64,000 bases of DNA. Source: an uncultured bacterium. GTDB taxonomy: Bacteria; Verrucomicrobiota; Verrucomicrobiia; Verrucomicrobiales; DEV007. Location: the NCBI GenBank assembly GCA_963977015.1, contig CAXBMO010000011.1, forward strand, positions 96,001 through 160,000. Direction: 5' to 3'. The notes under the pieces are model-generated. The model made no database searches and was not told where the DNA came from. It was given only the letters and a program-made list of their open reading frames with translations. Shown here in pieces: positions 10,522 to 23,400 of this stretch (position 1 is its first letter; each line of letters begins with the position of its first letter). Both the position numbers and the translations under genes were made by a program.

Positions 10522-12504
10522 TTAAGCGAGGCGGAGTTTGGTTTCGTCATTCCATCGATCTTGTTCCATGATGGCGAGCCGGTCCTGGTAGGCTTTTTGT
10601 TCGGCTTTGGATTGAACGCGAAGAAAACGCGAGGAGAGAGAGCTGGGAAGTTCCTCTGCAGAATCTTCGAACTTTTCAGCCATTCGTTTCGCAAGATCGG
10701 GTGCGAATCGAGTCATGATGGAGTCTTCCAGGGAAAGGAAAAGTTGTCCCGAGCCGACCTTGCCCTGACGGGCGGCACGACCCAGCAGTTGCCGGTCCAC
10801 GCGTTGGCTTTCGTCCATTTCCAACACGAGAACATGGAGCCCACCCAGAGCTTCGACCCCGTCACCCAGATCGATATGGGTTCCCCTTCCTGCCATGTTG
10901 GTGGAGATGGTAACGGCATGGGGTTGGCCCGCCGCGGCAATGACTTCTGCCTCGCCTTCATCTTGTTTCGCATTGAGCAAGTGATGAGGAATGCCTGCCT
11001 GATTCAGCAACAGGGAAAGGCGCTCGCTGTTTTCGATGGTTCGAGTACCAACGAGAACAGGTTGCCCCGTATGGTAGAGGCGCCTGATTTCAACAACCGC
11101 AGCGTTCAGCTTTTGCGAACTGGTTCGAAAGACGCGAGGCGGAAAGGTTCTTCGTTGGCTGGGTTTGTTGAGGGGGATGGGAACGACGGGGAGCTGATAC
11201 ACTTCCCAGAATTCTCCGGCGGCTTCGACGGCGGTTCCGGTCATCCCGCCAACGTGATCATACAGGCGGTAAAACTTCTGCCGTGAAATACTCGCCTGAG
11301 ACTCGTTTTCGCAGGTGATGGGTTGGTCTTCCTTGGCTTCGACTGCCTGATGAAGTCCATCTCGCCAACTGCTGCCCTGTTTGACCCGGCCGGTGCATTC
11401 ATCAATGATCAGAACCTCGTTGTTGCGAACGACGTACTGCCGATCTTTGTCCAAGGCGTATTGCGCGCGAAGGGCATTCTCCACATATTTGATCCAGGGG
11501 CGCTTGAGGAGGTTTCGGTCAACTTCCCGGCTTTGGGCCTGTGCTAGTTGCTGACCGGATTCAGTTAGCCAGATTTGTCGCTTTATCGCGTCAAACCCAA
11601 AGTGCAGACCTTCCTCCAACAGGGCAATGGTGTTTCGAGCTGCGTGATAGAGGCTGGTACCGGGATTTTCGCCGTGGGACTTGCCGCTGATGAGCAGCGG
11701 TGTGGTGGCCTCATCGATTAAGATGGCGTCTGCCTCATCAATGATGGCCATGTGGAGACCGCGTTGGGCAAGGGGGAGAGTGCGGGAATCAGAGCCCAGC
11801 AAGGATTTCCAAGTGCGCTCTCCGGGGACGGACTCAGGTTGACGGAGGAGGGTGAGTTGATCGCGAAGGTAATCGAACCCGAATTCAGATCCAGTCCCGT
11901 AGGTGATGTCTGCCTGATAAGCTACTCGCTTTTTCGCGACGGAAACCCTCTCCGGTAACAGGGCGGAGGAGATGCCGAGAGCCTGATATACAGGGAGTCC
12001 GAAGGCATGGTCTCGTTCGGCAAGATAGCTGTTGGCGGTCGCCACGTGAACTCCCTTTCCGGATAAAGAATGGTAGTAGGCCGGGAGCAGTTGGAGCAGG
12101 GTCTTGCCTTCCCCGGTTGCAAGTTCTGCAATCGTTCCCCTGGCCAAAGCCAGGGCACCGAGAATTTGCACATCATAGGGATAGAGACCGAGAATCCGGC
12201 GGCTCACTTCTCGCACCAGGGCGAAGCTGGGGACAAGCAGGTCCTCAAGGGGGCGCCCTGACTGAACCTCTTCACGGTGTTGCCTCGCGAGTGCAACTAT
12301 CGAATGAAGGTCTCTTCGCGCGAACTCGGGAGCGAGTTGGTTGATGGCGGAGAGATGTTCCTGATCAGATGGTTGTCGCGCCTTTCGGGGAGAGAGGGTG
12401 TGTGTTGCGTGAAAGGCTAAAAAAGGAGCGGGTGCGTATTGACGGCGAAGTGTTTCCCAAAATCCGGGAAGTGCGTTTCGAGAGGATGAAGGAGGACGTG
12501 CCAA
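10522..12504 (-). CDS. Secondary, C-terminally truncated SecA (SecA_DEAD-domain ATPase), 660 aa
   Basis: ELATGEGKT, DEADAILIDEATTPLLIS, GLHQAVEAKE, GMTGTA, TNMAGRGT and RQLLGRAARQG. The protein ends early in the helical scaffold. Confidence 0.92.
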   Translation of the reverse strand: MARPPSSSRNALPGFWETLRRQYAPAPFLAFHATHTLSPRKARQPSDQEHLSAINQLAPEFARRDLHSIVALARQHREEVQSGRPLEDLLVPSFALVREVSRRILGLYPYDVQILGALALARGTIAELATGEGKTLLQLLPAYYHSLSGKGVHVATANSYLAERDHAFGLPVYQALGISSALLPERVSVAKKRVAYQADITYGTGSEFGFDYLRDQLTLLRQPESVPGERTWKSLLGSDSRTLPLAQRGLHMAIIDEADAILIDEATTPLLISGKSHGENPGTSLYHAARNTIALLEEGLHFGFDAIKRQIWLTESGQQLAQAQSREVDRNLLKRPWIKYVENALRAQYALDKDRQYVVRNNEVLIIDECTGRVKQGSSWRDGLHQAVEAKEDQPITCENESQASISRQKFYRLYDHVGGMTGTAVEAAGEFWEVYQLPVVPIPLNKPSQRRTFPPRVFRTSSQKLNAAVVEIRRLYHTGQPVLVGTRTIENSERLSLLLNQAGIPHHLLNAKQDEGEAEVIAAAGQPHAVTISTNMAGRGTHIDLGDGVEALGGLHVLVLEMDESQRVDRQLLGRAARQGKVGSGQLFLSLEDSIMTRFAPDLAKRMAEKFEDSAEELPSSLSSRFLRVQSKAEQKAYQDRLAIMEQDRWNDETKLRLA

Positions 12505-12513
12505 GGTTCCGAA

Positions 12514-14394
12514 CTATTTGGATGTGGAATCAAGTCCTTTGACGATGCGAAGCTCCGGAAGACCGTCGGTGTCTTTCCCTTTTTCGAACTGGATGCCTTC
12601 ACCGCGAATCAGTGTGCCTTTTGCGCGCTCCAGGTTGGTGAGGGCAACGTTGTAAACGACCAGTGATTGGAGAAATTCTTCGCGGGCGATTTGCAGGCGA
12701 TCTTGCGCTTCCAGCAAGCTTCCCAGGTAGTCGCTGGTTAGGATGTTTCCGCCATCCGCATCAACTCCCCGCCGCCGGTTCAGAACGTTCAGGTCCTTTA
12801 GAGCTGCATTAGCCGAAATGTATTTGGCACGCATGTCAGGATAGGCAGTGGTGACCTCCCGATAGGCAACCTGAACTTCCAGTTGGATGGTTTCCAACGT
12901 TGCCTGAAGTCGCTGTTTCTGCTGTCGAAGCTCCAGCTCACTGCGGAGATGACGCGCACGGGTAAAGCGGCGTTCGAGTGAGACCGATGCGGAAAGGCCA
13001 ACAGACCAGGAAGGGTGTCCATCGTTGTATTCTCCACGGGTCGCACCTTCCCAGTCTCCGTCTGATTGCAGATCGGAGATGGAGCCTTCGCCAAAGATGT
13101 TGAGTTCTGGGAGGCGATCCTGCTTTGCCATTCGCTCGCGAATGTTGGCGGCTTTCAGTTGTGCTTCTGCCTGCAGGATCTCAGGACGATACTGCATGGC
13201 CGTCCCGACGGCGGTTTCGAAGTCGACCTCAAACGCAGCTGTTACCGGAAGGTCATCAGGAATCAGCTCGCCGATTCCCTGTTCGATCAAATTGGGATCA
13301 TTGATCAGTGCTCTCAGGCGGGATTCTGAATTCTTGATTGCCAGTTCAGCGCGAACCAACTCAGCTCTCCTTGAGGCGAGGGCCGCTTCGGCACGGGCTC
13401 GCTGGCTGGCCATGGTATCCAACTGTCCACGCTTTCTCATCTCTTCGACAATCGCCTCCGTCCCTTGCACGAGCCGGAATTTTTCCACATGAATGGCACG
13501 GGCGAGATAAAGTGACCAATAGGAGCGGTTCACTTCAGAAAGGTGGGTCTCCAGTTGGCGAAGGAATTCCTGGCTGCCGGTCTCGTGGTCGAGTTTGGCA
13601 ATCCGGATCACGCTTTCATTGTAACGAATTCCTGCGCCCCGAAGCAGTGGCTGCACGACCGTGAGTTTGAGGCGGGCTTTTCCTTGATCATTCGGGATGA
13701 AGAATTCGGAATTGTTCCGGGTCCGGGTCATTTCCTGGGAGAGACTGACCTGCGCTCCGGTCCGGAACCGTTTGCGGATTCCGCTTTCCCAACTCCACTC
13801 CCGCTGGCGAAAGAACTCCTCGTCTCCGCCGACTTCAAGCGAACTTCCAACAGGCTCATGAAGACGATCCAACCCGGTGGTGGTATAGAGTTCACCATCG
13901 AACGCGCCGCGAGCTTCGTTAATGCCGGTTTCGCGAATGACCGGAATGTTGCCGAAAACCTTGATCTGGGTGGAATTTGCCAGGGCTGTTTGGTAAACCG
14001 TATCAAGGTTCACCGCTGCGGGATGGGAATCGCCCAACAGTTGACCGCGAACATCGCTATACCACCATGAGTCCGGAGGAATGGCTCCGTTCTCAAAACC
14101 GCCGCCGGCGCGGGCTTGGCCTTCTTGGCTGAATTCGGTGAGAGCACTGTTTGCAAACGCTTTCTTGAGCAGGGAAATTTGATCAACGAGTTCTTTCTCA
14201 CGTTGTCCCTTGGGTTCATAAGGGGACACGTTCAACGCTTCAAGAAATGGTGACCGATTAAGGTCTTCGTTCTGGTCGTCACGGAGTTGCGCCAAAGATG
14301 AACACGTGCAGAGAACGCCAACAGCAAGACTCAGGAGGGGTGTTCGTAGTGCAAAACCTCGATGGTAGGAGAGGAGTGGTTTTGTAGCTTTCAT
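12514..14394 (-). CDS. TolC-family outer membrane efflux protein
   Basis: Signal peptide, two OEP-like repeats (QPLLRGAG; YRPEI; LPELNI) and C-terminal NLERAKGTL. Confidence 0.88.
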   Translation of the reverse strand: MKATKPLLSYHRGFALRTPLLSLAVGVLCTCSSLAQLRDDQNEDLNRSPFLEALNVSPYEPKGQREKELVDQISLLKKAFANSALTEFSQEGQARAGGGFENGAIPPDSWWYSDVRGQLLGDSHPAAVNLDTVYQTALANSTQIKVFGNIPVIRETGINEARGAFDGELYTTTGLDRLHEPVGSSLEVGGDEEFFRQREWSWESGIRKRFRTGAQVSLSQEMTRTRNNSEFFIPNDQGKARLKLTVVQPLLRGAGIRYNESVIRIAKLDHETGSQEFLRQLETHLSEVNRSYWSLYLARAIHVEKFRLVQGTEAIVEEMRKRGQLDTMASQRARAEAALASRRAELVRAELAIKNSESRLRALINDPNLIEQGIGELIPDDLPVTAAFEVDFETAVGTAMQYRPEILQAEAQLKAANIRERMAKQDRLPELNIFGEGSISDLQSDGDWEGATRGEYNDGHPSWSVGLSASVSLERRFTRARHLRSELELRQQKQRLQATLETIQLEVQVAYREVTTAYPDMRAKYISANAALKDLNVLNRRRGVDADGGNILTSDYLGSLLEAQDRLQIAREEFLQSLVVYNVALTNLERAKGTLIRGEGIQFEKGKDTDGLPELRIVKGLDSTSK

Positions 14395-14432
14395 GTGTGT
14401 GGGGGGAAAGTGGGGGGGATGGGAGGGGTGCG

Positions 14433-17400
14433 TTAACAGCCTGAGGTGAGCCCGGTGAGGCCGGACTGTGAAGCGAACTCATATCGATAGGAATTCCAGC
14501 ACAGCTGAATGATGGATTCGCTGGAGTTGTAGACTTGCAGGACCTGTTGTGCTGAGCGGAGCGTGAAAATGTCCTGCTGAGTGAGCTCTGATGTATAATA
14601 GGTTCCGCTGTTGTAGGTAGGACCAAAATAGGTCCGGAAGTTGTAGCCCGTAGTGTCCGAAGCATTGTGAACGGCTGCAGTCTGGCGCATCACAATGGTA
14701 TGAGGTGCTTCATCGATGGTGGCTGACTGGAAGGTAATGACCCAGTTTCCACCGGAGTCTGCCACGGTTTGCGAAGAACCAATAAGTTGCCCTTGTTGGT
14801 TATAGACTTCCAGCACAACGGTTGATCCGGGTTGGACCAAACCACTGTTCATGTGGTGTGCTATTGAGGTGGGCAACCGGAGGTGGAAGTGATCTCCTCC
14901 TCCAAAGTGTCGGCCCAAGCTGGAGAACCCCTTTTCTGAGAATCCATCTGCCAGGCGGGAATCAGCAAATGAATCATTGCCCAAATACCCACGTTGATTG
15001 TCTTCACCAAAAAGGAAGTTCTGGATGGTGTCGAACTGAAGTACGGGCCAGTCTTCGGATTCTGGCTCTTCCTCTTCGATGATGGGAACCGGTGTGATGA
15101 GAGTCGTGTCTGTGTCCCGGTTGTTTGCCGGGGATGGATCGGGACCTCCTGATCCATCGTCTTTGATCGTTACGGTGTTGAGGATGACTCCTGCGTTCCA
15201 GACGCGAACCGAAACCGTTACCGATCCCGACTGGCCGGGGGCGAGTTGCCCGAGGTTCCAGGTGACGTTGCTTCCACTGTATCGACCGCCGTCCGATGCC
15301 GCCAGGAACTCAACTCCCGTAGGCAATGTGTCCGTGAGGACCACGCCGCTGGAAATTTGGTTGCCAACGTTAGTGTAACTCAGAGTGTAAGTGAGCGTTT
15401 CGCCGACTTCAGCGGTGTCGCGTCCATCGGTTTTGGTCACCACCAGATCCGGGGACGCGATGACCGGAGTCTCTTCATCGTCGGTGTTGTTCGCAGGTGT
15501 CGGATCGATGTCGAGATGAGTGACGTTCGCGGTATTGGTAATGGACTCCAAGCCTGCAGGAATCACGGCAGGCGCGGCGAGGGAGATTGTCACTTCTACC
15601 GTATCACCAATGACAATGTCAGGAAGGGCGATGGTGATGATCCCCCCGGAAAGGGTGCCAACAGGGGATGAACCGATGGGAGTGAATCCATGCTGCAGAA
15701 ATTCAGAAATATCGTCCGTAATTTCGACTCCCAGGGCATCTGCCCGTCCTATATTGGTAATCGAAAGTGTGTAGGTGACGTCCCCGCTCGGTGAGAATGT
15801 GGCCCCTCCATCGTCTTTACTGATGCGAAGGTCGGGTTGAAACACCTCTACGGTTTCGGAATCGGTATCGTTATAGTCATTGAGCGCTCCGCCCGGATCA
15901 GCCGGATCCCCCGTGCGTTCGTCAGAATTGGTTCCCGCTGTTGAGGTCCATTCCAATTCGGCATTGTTGACAATAACACTGTCAAAATCGGAAGTTGAAG
16001 ACGTGACGGTCGCTTCGAATGTCAACTCCACGCTTTCCCCGATATCGAGGCGATTGAGGACAACAGCCAGGGCGGAAGCGGTGCTGTTGTTCGCGGTAAT
16101 GGTGGTCGGGTTGGCCGGCGCTCCCAGCACGGTCAGCTGAATCGAGGATGGATCGAGCACGAGCTCAGATGGAAGCGAGTCGAGAACATCAATATCGAAC
16201 GCATCCGCAGGAAAAAGGCCGCCGGTGTTCTCAATCGTCAGAGTGTAGGTGAGCGTTTCACCAAGCTTGGGTCTGAGGTTGTCGACCGTTTTCTGAATGT
16301 CAAGTTCGGGCTCGACAAGGCTGATGGAGACTTGGTCCTGATCCTGGGGTAGGGCGGCATCGTTGACGTCTTCAGCATCGACGGTTGCGTCATTGGTCAG
16401 CGTCGTGCCGCCCTGATTGGTGGCGACGTTCTCGACAATGGTCTGATAGGTGATGACGAAGGAATCATCTGAGCCGTTATTGGTGGAACTGTTCACCACG
16501 TCCCCGAGATCCAGGGTTAACAGCCCGGTGCCGGAGACCCAGGTTTCAGAAATGGCACCGATGGAGATGAGGGCGTTGCTCTGGCCTGCGTCAAGGGTGG
16601 CGGAACCGGTGACGTATCGCATTCCAGCAGGCAAGCGGTCCTGGAGAACGAGAGCTGGAGTTGTTCCCTCCATGATCGTAACCTCCAACTCAAAGGTGAC
16701 GGTTTCGCCCACCGCGTAGGTGGTTGATGCTCCCGATGGAAGCCGCTTGTCTAGTGAGAGTTCCTCAATGACAGTGGCTGTTGCTGCCGTTGCGGTATCG
16801 GTGTAATCGTTGGCCCCGGTCCCATCTCCATTCCTTTCTTCGGTGCTGGACCCATCCAAACTCGTCCATTGTACCGTGGCCTCATTTTGGATAACCTGGT
16901 TTGGTTCGACCGTATTGTTGAGGACTCCGGAAATGGCGATGGAAATGGATCGGCCAAGCGCGAGGTCGTAACCTCCGGAAACGGTTCTCAGCTCGTTGCC
17001 TACCAGTTCAAAGGATGTCTTGATGTTTCCGGCAACGGATTCCGTGATGGTAACGCCAGAGGAGAAGTCGACGGTCACGCCGGATGGGATGAGATCGCTG
17101 AACACCAGGTCTCTGGCGTCGGCCGTTGAAGCTCCCGTATGCTCGATGACGATGTTCCACGTGATGGCATCACCGGAATCCACGTTGGTGGTGGCACTTG
17201 TCAGGGTTTTGCTGACCGTGACGTCGGGCTCCACGATTTCAACATCCTCAAAATCGGAGAGCATTTGGGCTCCGATGTCGCTGTCGTAGTACAGTTGCCC
17301 GGTGTTTCGGATGACATCACCATCCTGGTTCTCCCCATCATTCACGACCAAAGCTTGAACGGTGATGATGACTTGAGAGTCCGTCACCGTGCCGCTCGTG

Positions 17401-20400
17401 CCGGTGTTGGTGATCGTACCAAGGTTCAGGACGATGCGGTCGTCATACGTGTCCGCGTCGGTATCGGTGATGGAGGGAGACATTCCCGTGATGATTCCCT
17501 GGTCGCTCGTCAGATTGGAGCCGCCAGTAACCGTAGCCGATTGAATGTGAAGCAGGCCATTGGTCGGATCGAGTTGATCGACGATGCTCACATTCGTCGT
17601 TGTGCCGTTCCCGATCGTAGCGACCAGCTGATAGGTCACGACCTCTCCGATGACGAGGTCCGGTATGGTTCCACTGGTTCCCTCGGTGATCCCGGTGTGT
17701 GCCGCGTCACCGCTGACGAACACCTTGTCGAAGGCAAACGTGTCACTGACTTCCGTCGTGAAGCTTACACTGGCATTGGCTTCGTAATCATCCAGCGCGC
17801 CTCCCTGTCCGTCATCGCCGGTTCGCTCGTTCGCGTTGGCTCCGTCAATCGAAGTCCAGTCAACCTGCACATTGTTGGTGTAGGTTGATCCGTCAGTAAC
17901 GGCACCCGTGAGAAGCGCATCATAAGTAAACGTAATGGTTTCGCCAGCAGCCAGCGTGAAGGGCGCATTGCTGGTGACTCCGCTGGTAAGCGCTGTGAAA
18001 CTGGCGCTCACATCGCCTGAGATATTGCTGATCGCGGTGAAGGTTCCCGTTTGGAGCGCAATCTCAGTCGGCAAGGAGCTGACGTAAGTGGAGTCATAGG
18101 CGGAGAACTGGGTCGGATTGGTGATGGTGGCCTCATAGGAGACGGTGTCTCCGGAGTCCGGCTCGGCCGGGATCGAATCAATGAAGACTCCCGCCACAAT
18201 CTGCGGTTCGAAAACCTCGACCGATGCCTGATCATCGAACGTTTGTGCTCCCGAGTAGATGCTGAGTTCCCCATCATTGGTCAGAAGGTCGCCCGTCTGG
18301 TTCTGAACAACATTGGCGACTCTTGCGGTAATGCGAATCGTGATCGTGCTGTCGTCAGCGTTGTTTCCCTCAGCAACAATATCTCCAAAATCAAACTCGA
18401 TGACATCAGGGGAAGTGCCTGTGACGGTTCCACTGTCAGAGACACTCAATCCGCTGGAGATGCTGGTGATTCCACTTCCGATACTCGTGATCGTTCCGCT
18501 AACCAACTCTAGAACGCCGTTGGCAGTACCATTGGAGGCGGTAAACGGCAGGGTGTCGGTAATCACCACATCCGTCGTCGTGCCTTCTCCAAACGTTGCG
18601 ACGAGTTCGAACGTAACCTCTTCACCGATCACGAGGTCTTGAAGAAGGGGATCGCCCTGTCCTCCAAGGTCACCATTCTCTGAGGTTGAGATCACCGATT
18701 TCGTAAATGCATACGCCAGATCAGGATCAACTGGATCAGCCGCTGATACAATAGGTGTCGCAGAACGTCCCGCGCCATCATCAGGATCGTGGTCGTAGTT
18801 CAGCGTCGCAGAGTTGACGATGTTCGAGGAAAGGTCCGTGATGGAGTCGACCATCACGAATTGCATCGTGACTTCGTAGGGATTCGCGGCATCGATCGAT
18901 TGAGGGATGGTTTCCCAGCGTAACGTGATCGTTTCACCGGCGAGACCGGTTCCCGTTCCTGAAATTGTGGTGAGGTCGGGATCCGGGGTGGCTCCGGTTC
19001 CGTTGATGGAACCTGGAACCAACTGGAACCCGCTCGGAATGGTGTCCGTTAGGATCACGTCCATGGCATCAGCGCCGCTCGTTGCGTCGTGATTAATGGT
19101 AAACGTATAGTTGAAGACGTCGCCGGCATCCCCCGAGTCCGCCCCTGTCAGGGTTTTCTCAAATTCGAGCACTGGTTCAACCACCGTGACCGATACCTGG
19201 TTATCATTGTCGTCAGAAACTCCGTCAGCGCTCGCGTCTGCATCATTGGTGAGGACCGCCGTGTTGTAGACGTTAACAGGATCGTCAGAGGCCGTAGCAT
19301 CATAGGTGATGAAAAAGGAGTCCGTGTCTGACGTTGTGGAATCATCGGAGTTGCCAGGATTGAGCACACTCGATGCCGTGATCGTGAGGACCTGTCCGAC
19401 TTGAGCCGCAGCGAAGTCGGTAACCGTCATGCCATTGATATTGGAGATCTGTACGGACCCGAGGTCGAGAGTCATCCCGTCCGGGAGCGTATCGACGATT
19501 GAGAGATTCGTGAGCGTGCCCTCAGCAATGGACACTTCCAATTGGTAAGTGATGGTGTCGCCGACCAGAACCTCTGTAGTTCCGGCTGGGATGGATTTGG
19601 TAACGTCCAAAACTCCCTGGACGCTCGTGTTTGCGGAATCTGAATCGCTGTAGTCATTAACGCCGCCGGAACCGTCGCGTTCGCCAGAATCAGTGCCATC
19701 GATGCCGCTCCAGGTAAGATTCGCGGTGTTGGCGATCGCGTCGCTGGGGTTGGCGTCATCACGAACTTGTCCGGTGATCGTCAAGGTTAGGACCTCGCCC
19801 TGAGCCAAATCCAGATTACCGGTTTGGACCAGGTCGTTGCTGCCATCAATATTGAAAGAGCCGCTCACGTCTGCGGCATCGAGTGTCGCGCTGACGAGGG
19901 TGAAGTTTTCCAGAATACCATCTGGGAGAGCGTCTGACAGATCCAGGTCGAAGGCATCCGCGGTGGAAGAACCGGTGTGCTGAACGAGAATCTGGTAGGT
20001 GACGGTGTCTCCGGCATCAAGCCCCGACACATCGTTGGTGATGGATTTCGTGACGCTTAGATCAGGCTCGACGATGGTGATGTCGGTATCGTCGTCCGGT
20101 GTTGAATCGCTGGAGACCTGAGCGGCGCCGCTTCCATCGGTCCAATTGAGGTCCGCAATGTTTGAGCGAACCACGTTGTTTTGGTTGGAGGCGATGTTGT
20201 CGACCAGCGCAGAATAGCGGATCTCGATGGTCTGGGTGGCAAGACCATCTCCGGACGCTCCTTCGTTGAATTCGATGGTTCCAAAATCGAGTTGAAGCTG
20301 CTCGTCGGAAGTCGTTCCAGGATCGGTTCGGGTAAAGAATACGTTGTTCGTATCATCGTAGGGGCCAGCGGTGGTTACCGTGATTCCTGCCCCTGCGGTA

Positions 20401-23400
20401 ACCGTCAACGTGCCGCTTATGTAACTCATTCCCGCTTCCAAGGCGTCCACGACAACCGCGTTGTCCGTTTGTCCTTCTGGCACGGTGATTGTGAGGACAT
20501 ATTCGACGGTTTCTCCAATCGTATAGGTTGTATCCGCCGGTGTCGCGAGGACTTTGGAGATGGTCGCGTCTGGAGAACTGAAACTTTCGGAGTCCGCGTC
20601 GGTATAGACTCTCTCTCCATCAGTGTCGCCCGAAGCTCCAGCCACACTTCCTGTGGCGTTGTCGCCAGAACCATCCGCTGTTCCCGAGCCCGGAAGGCTG
20701 GAGTAGGTCAGGTTGGCAGTGTTGGTTACGGTCTGTCCAGCTCCAATCTGATCCGTCCCAGAATCGCGAACCCGTGCGTCAAAGGTGATCTCAAAGCTGT
20801 CGCCCGCTTCCAGTTGATCAATGAAAGCCGTGATGTCCTGTCCCACGACTCCCAAACTGCTGGTTACCACGTATCCTGGAAGGCCGGAGAAAGTGAGGCT
20901 TCCTCCATCGATCTCCAATTCTGCGGGGAGGGTGTCCGTGATGTTGAGGTCATAAGCCGTTGCCGCATTGATGTTGCTGTCCGCCGTAATGGTCAGGGTA
21001 TAGCTGATAACATCTCCCGCGTCGGCTGAGCTGGCTCCGTTGTCCGATTTGGAAATCGAAACCTGGGGTTGAACGACGTTCGCGTCGATCGTGGCCGGCG
21101 ATCCGGAGTCAACACCGTTGACCTGTACCTGGGCGGAGTTGGTTAGGGTGTTGCCACGAAAGACGTTGGTCCCGTCATCGTTTGATACAATGACATTGTA
21201 GGAAATGGTCAGGCTCTCCGCCGATCCGGAATCGGTTTCGTTGTTCGTGATCTGGCCAAAATCAAAGGTGATGATCTGTCCATTAACGGTGATCTGGCCG
21301 GGGTCGAGAGTTTGAGCACTGGTATGAACATTGGCAGGAAGGTCCGCGGCGACATAGGTGCCTCCTCCGGCGTCAAACCCATTCAGCTGAACCGTCACGT
21401 TGTTGTCCGCTGGGGCGAGAAACTGCAATCCAGCTTCCAGGGTATCGACCAGGCTTAAGTTGGTCATGTTGCCCTGGGGAAGGTCGATGGTTACCTCATA
21501 GCGAATGATTTCGCCGGGCACCGCGTTGACCTGGCCTGCCGCTGAAGTGTCGTTGGAGGTATGGCCCTCCGAGGTGTCGATGATTGCTTTGTCGCCTTGG
21601 GGATTTGGAACCACGAAAGCGGCATCGTTGCTTTCACTGTAATCGTTCTGTGTCGCAAACAGAGGGTCGGATGTATCTCCGGAACGTTCGATACTATATT
21701 GGTTGTGCGTGGAAATGACGCCGGGGTCTCCGGGGAGGCTGGTCCAGGTAGCTGTCGCGGTATTGGTTACCGTGGTATTGACGTCCAATCCCGTATCAAC
21801 GGTGACATCGATTGAGAAGACTGCGGATTCTCCAACAGCAAGGGTAGCCCAACTGGCGGAAATGGTGCCTTCCGGTGCGCCTGGTGTGAAGGTGAGCGAG
21901 TCCGGAACCACGCCGCTGAGGTATTGAAGATTGGTTGCGGAATTGATTTCCTCGGGAAGCACATCGCTTAATACGATATCATAGGCTTCTACTGACCCAT
22001 TGTTGGTGACTGTGAATTCATAGGTCACGGTCTCATCGGCCATTGCGTTCGCGTTTGAAACGACTTTGGAGACATCGATGTCCGCTTCCCGTATCGTAAT
22101 GTTGGAGGCTTGATCGTCTACGGTTTGCGTTCCTCCGTTGACGTTCCAGGAGAGGTTGGCATCATTGTTTCGCCTTGTTCCCTCGCTATTGCCGGTGTGG
22201 TTGAGAACGACGGCGCGATATTGGAATGTCAGGGTTTCTGCGGTCGCATTGTCCGTGTTCGTATTGGTAATCGTGCCGAGCCCGGGCGTGGAGCCAAAGC
22301 CAAGTTCGATCGTGTTTCCGGAATTCTGCGTAGTGCCTGGATCGGTGACAATTGCAGTGATGGAGCTTAAAGCGCCGAGACTGGAACTAAGATCTCCAGA
22401 GACTGCGGTGACGCCGAGAAAATCGACAAACGCCAACCCGTTATCCATCAGATCCACGATTTCAACCTGCTCCAGGTCTCCTTCGGGAATGGTGACCGTG
22501 ACTTCGTAGGTGATGATTTCACCGATGACGGCCTCCGAATCGCTGTTCGCAGCGGTGTTGTGACTGGTGCTGACCACGGATTTGGCGAGAATGGGGGCAA
22601 CCGTGGTGACGGAGGCGGTATCAACCAGTTCTCCATCATCAGCATGATCGGTTCCGCCTTCCGAATGGCTGTAGCTGACAATTTCTGCGGTGTTGGTCAG
22701 CGTTTCCAGGGCGGTAGCCGTACTATCGACAAGGAGATCATAGGCGATGATTGCGATGTTGCTGCCGCTTGCTCCATCATAGGCCGTGAGACTTCCCTGA
22801 GCCGCACTGGGATCCGTCAGTTCGAGCCCTGCGCCAAACAAGTCTCCGCTGGTGGTAAGAGCGGTTCCGTTTCCATCGGTAACGCGAAGGTTCAGCCCCG
22901 CGCCAGAACTTGGAACGATGAAACCAGCCGGCATCGTATCGTTGATCACGACGTCAAATGCTCCGTAGGAACTGTTTCCGGTGTTCTCTACCGTGATGAC
23001 AAAGGTGACCAAATCCCCGGCGTCGATGGCGCTCAAATTGGCATTGATCGCTTGGGTTTCCAATGCATCTGAGGTTATTGCGTTGCCTGAAAATGCGGAG
23101 GCGCTCCCGGGGGCGGCAAAGGTGGTTCCTGCCGGACCGGTTGTGGAATCAAAGACTCCGGTCGGATGGGTGGTTGAAACCACACCTTTGGTGATGCTGA
23201 GTTCTGGCTCTTCCAGGATGATCTGAGCCATTTCCGAGGAACTTGCCGTTGAGAGAAAGGAGTTCGCTTCTGACGCGCCAACTTGGTTGGTGAACTGGAG
23301 TCCGTCGGCATATTCTGCGTCCAGAATCTCCACGGTGACGATGAACTCGATCGTGCTTGAAACGGCGTCATTGGCCCCGAGACTGTAGTCACCGATCTCG

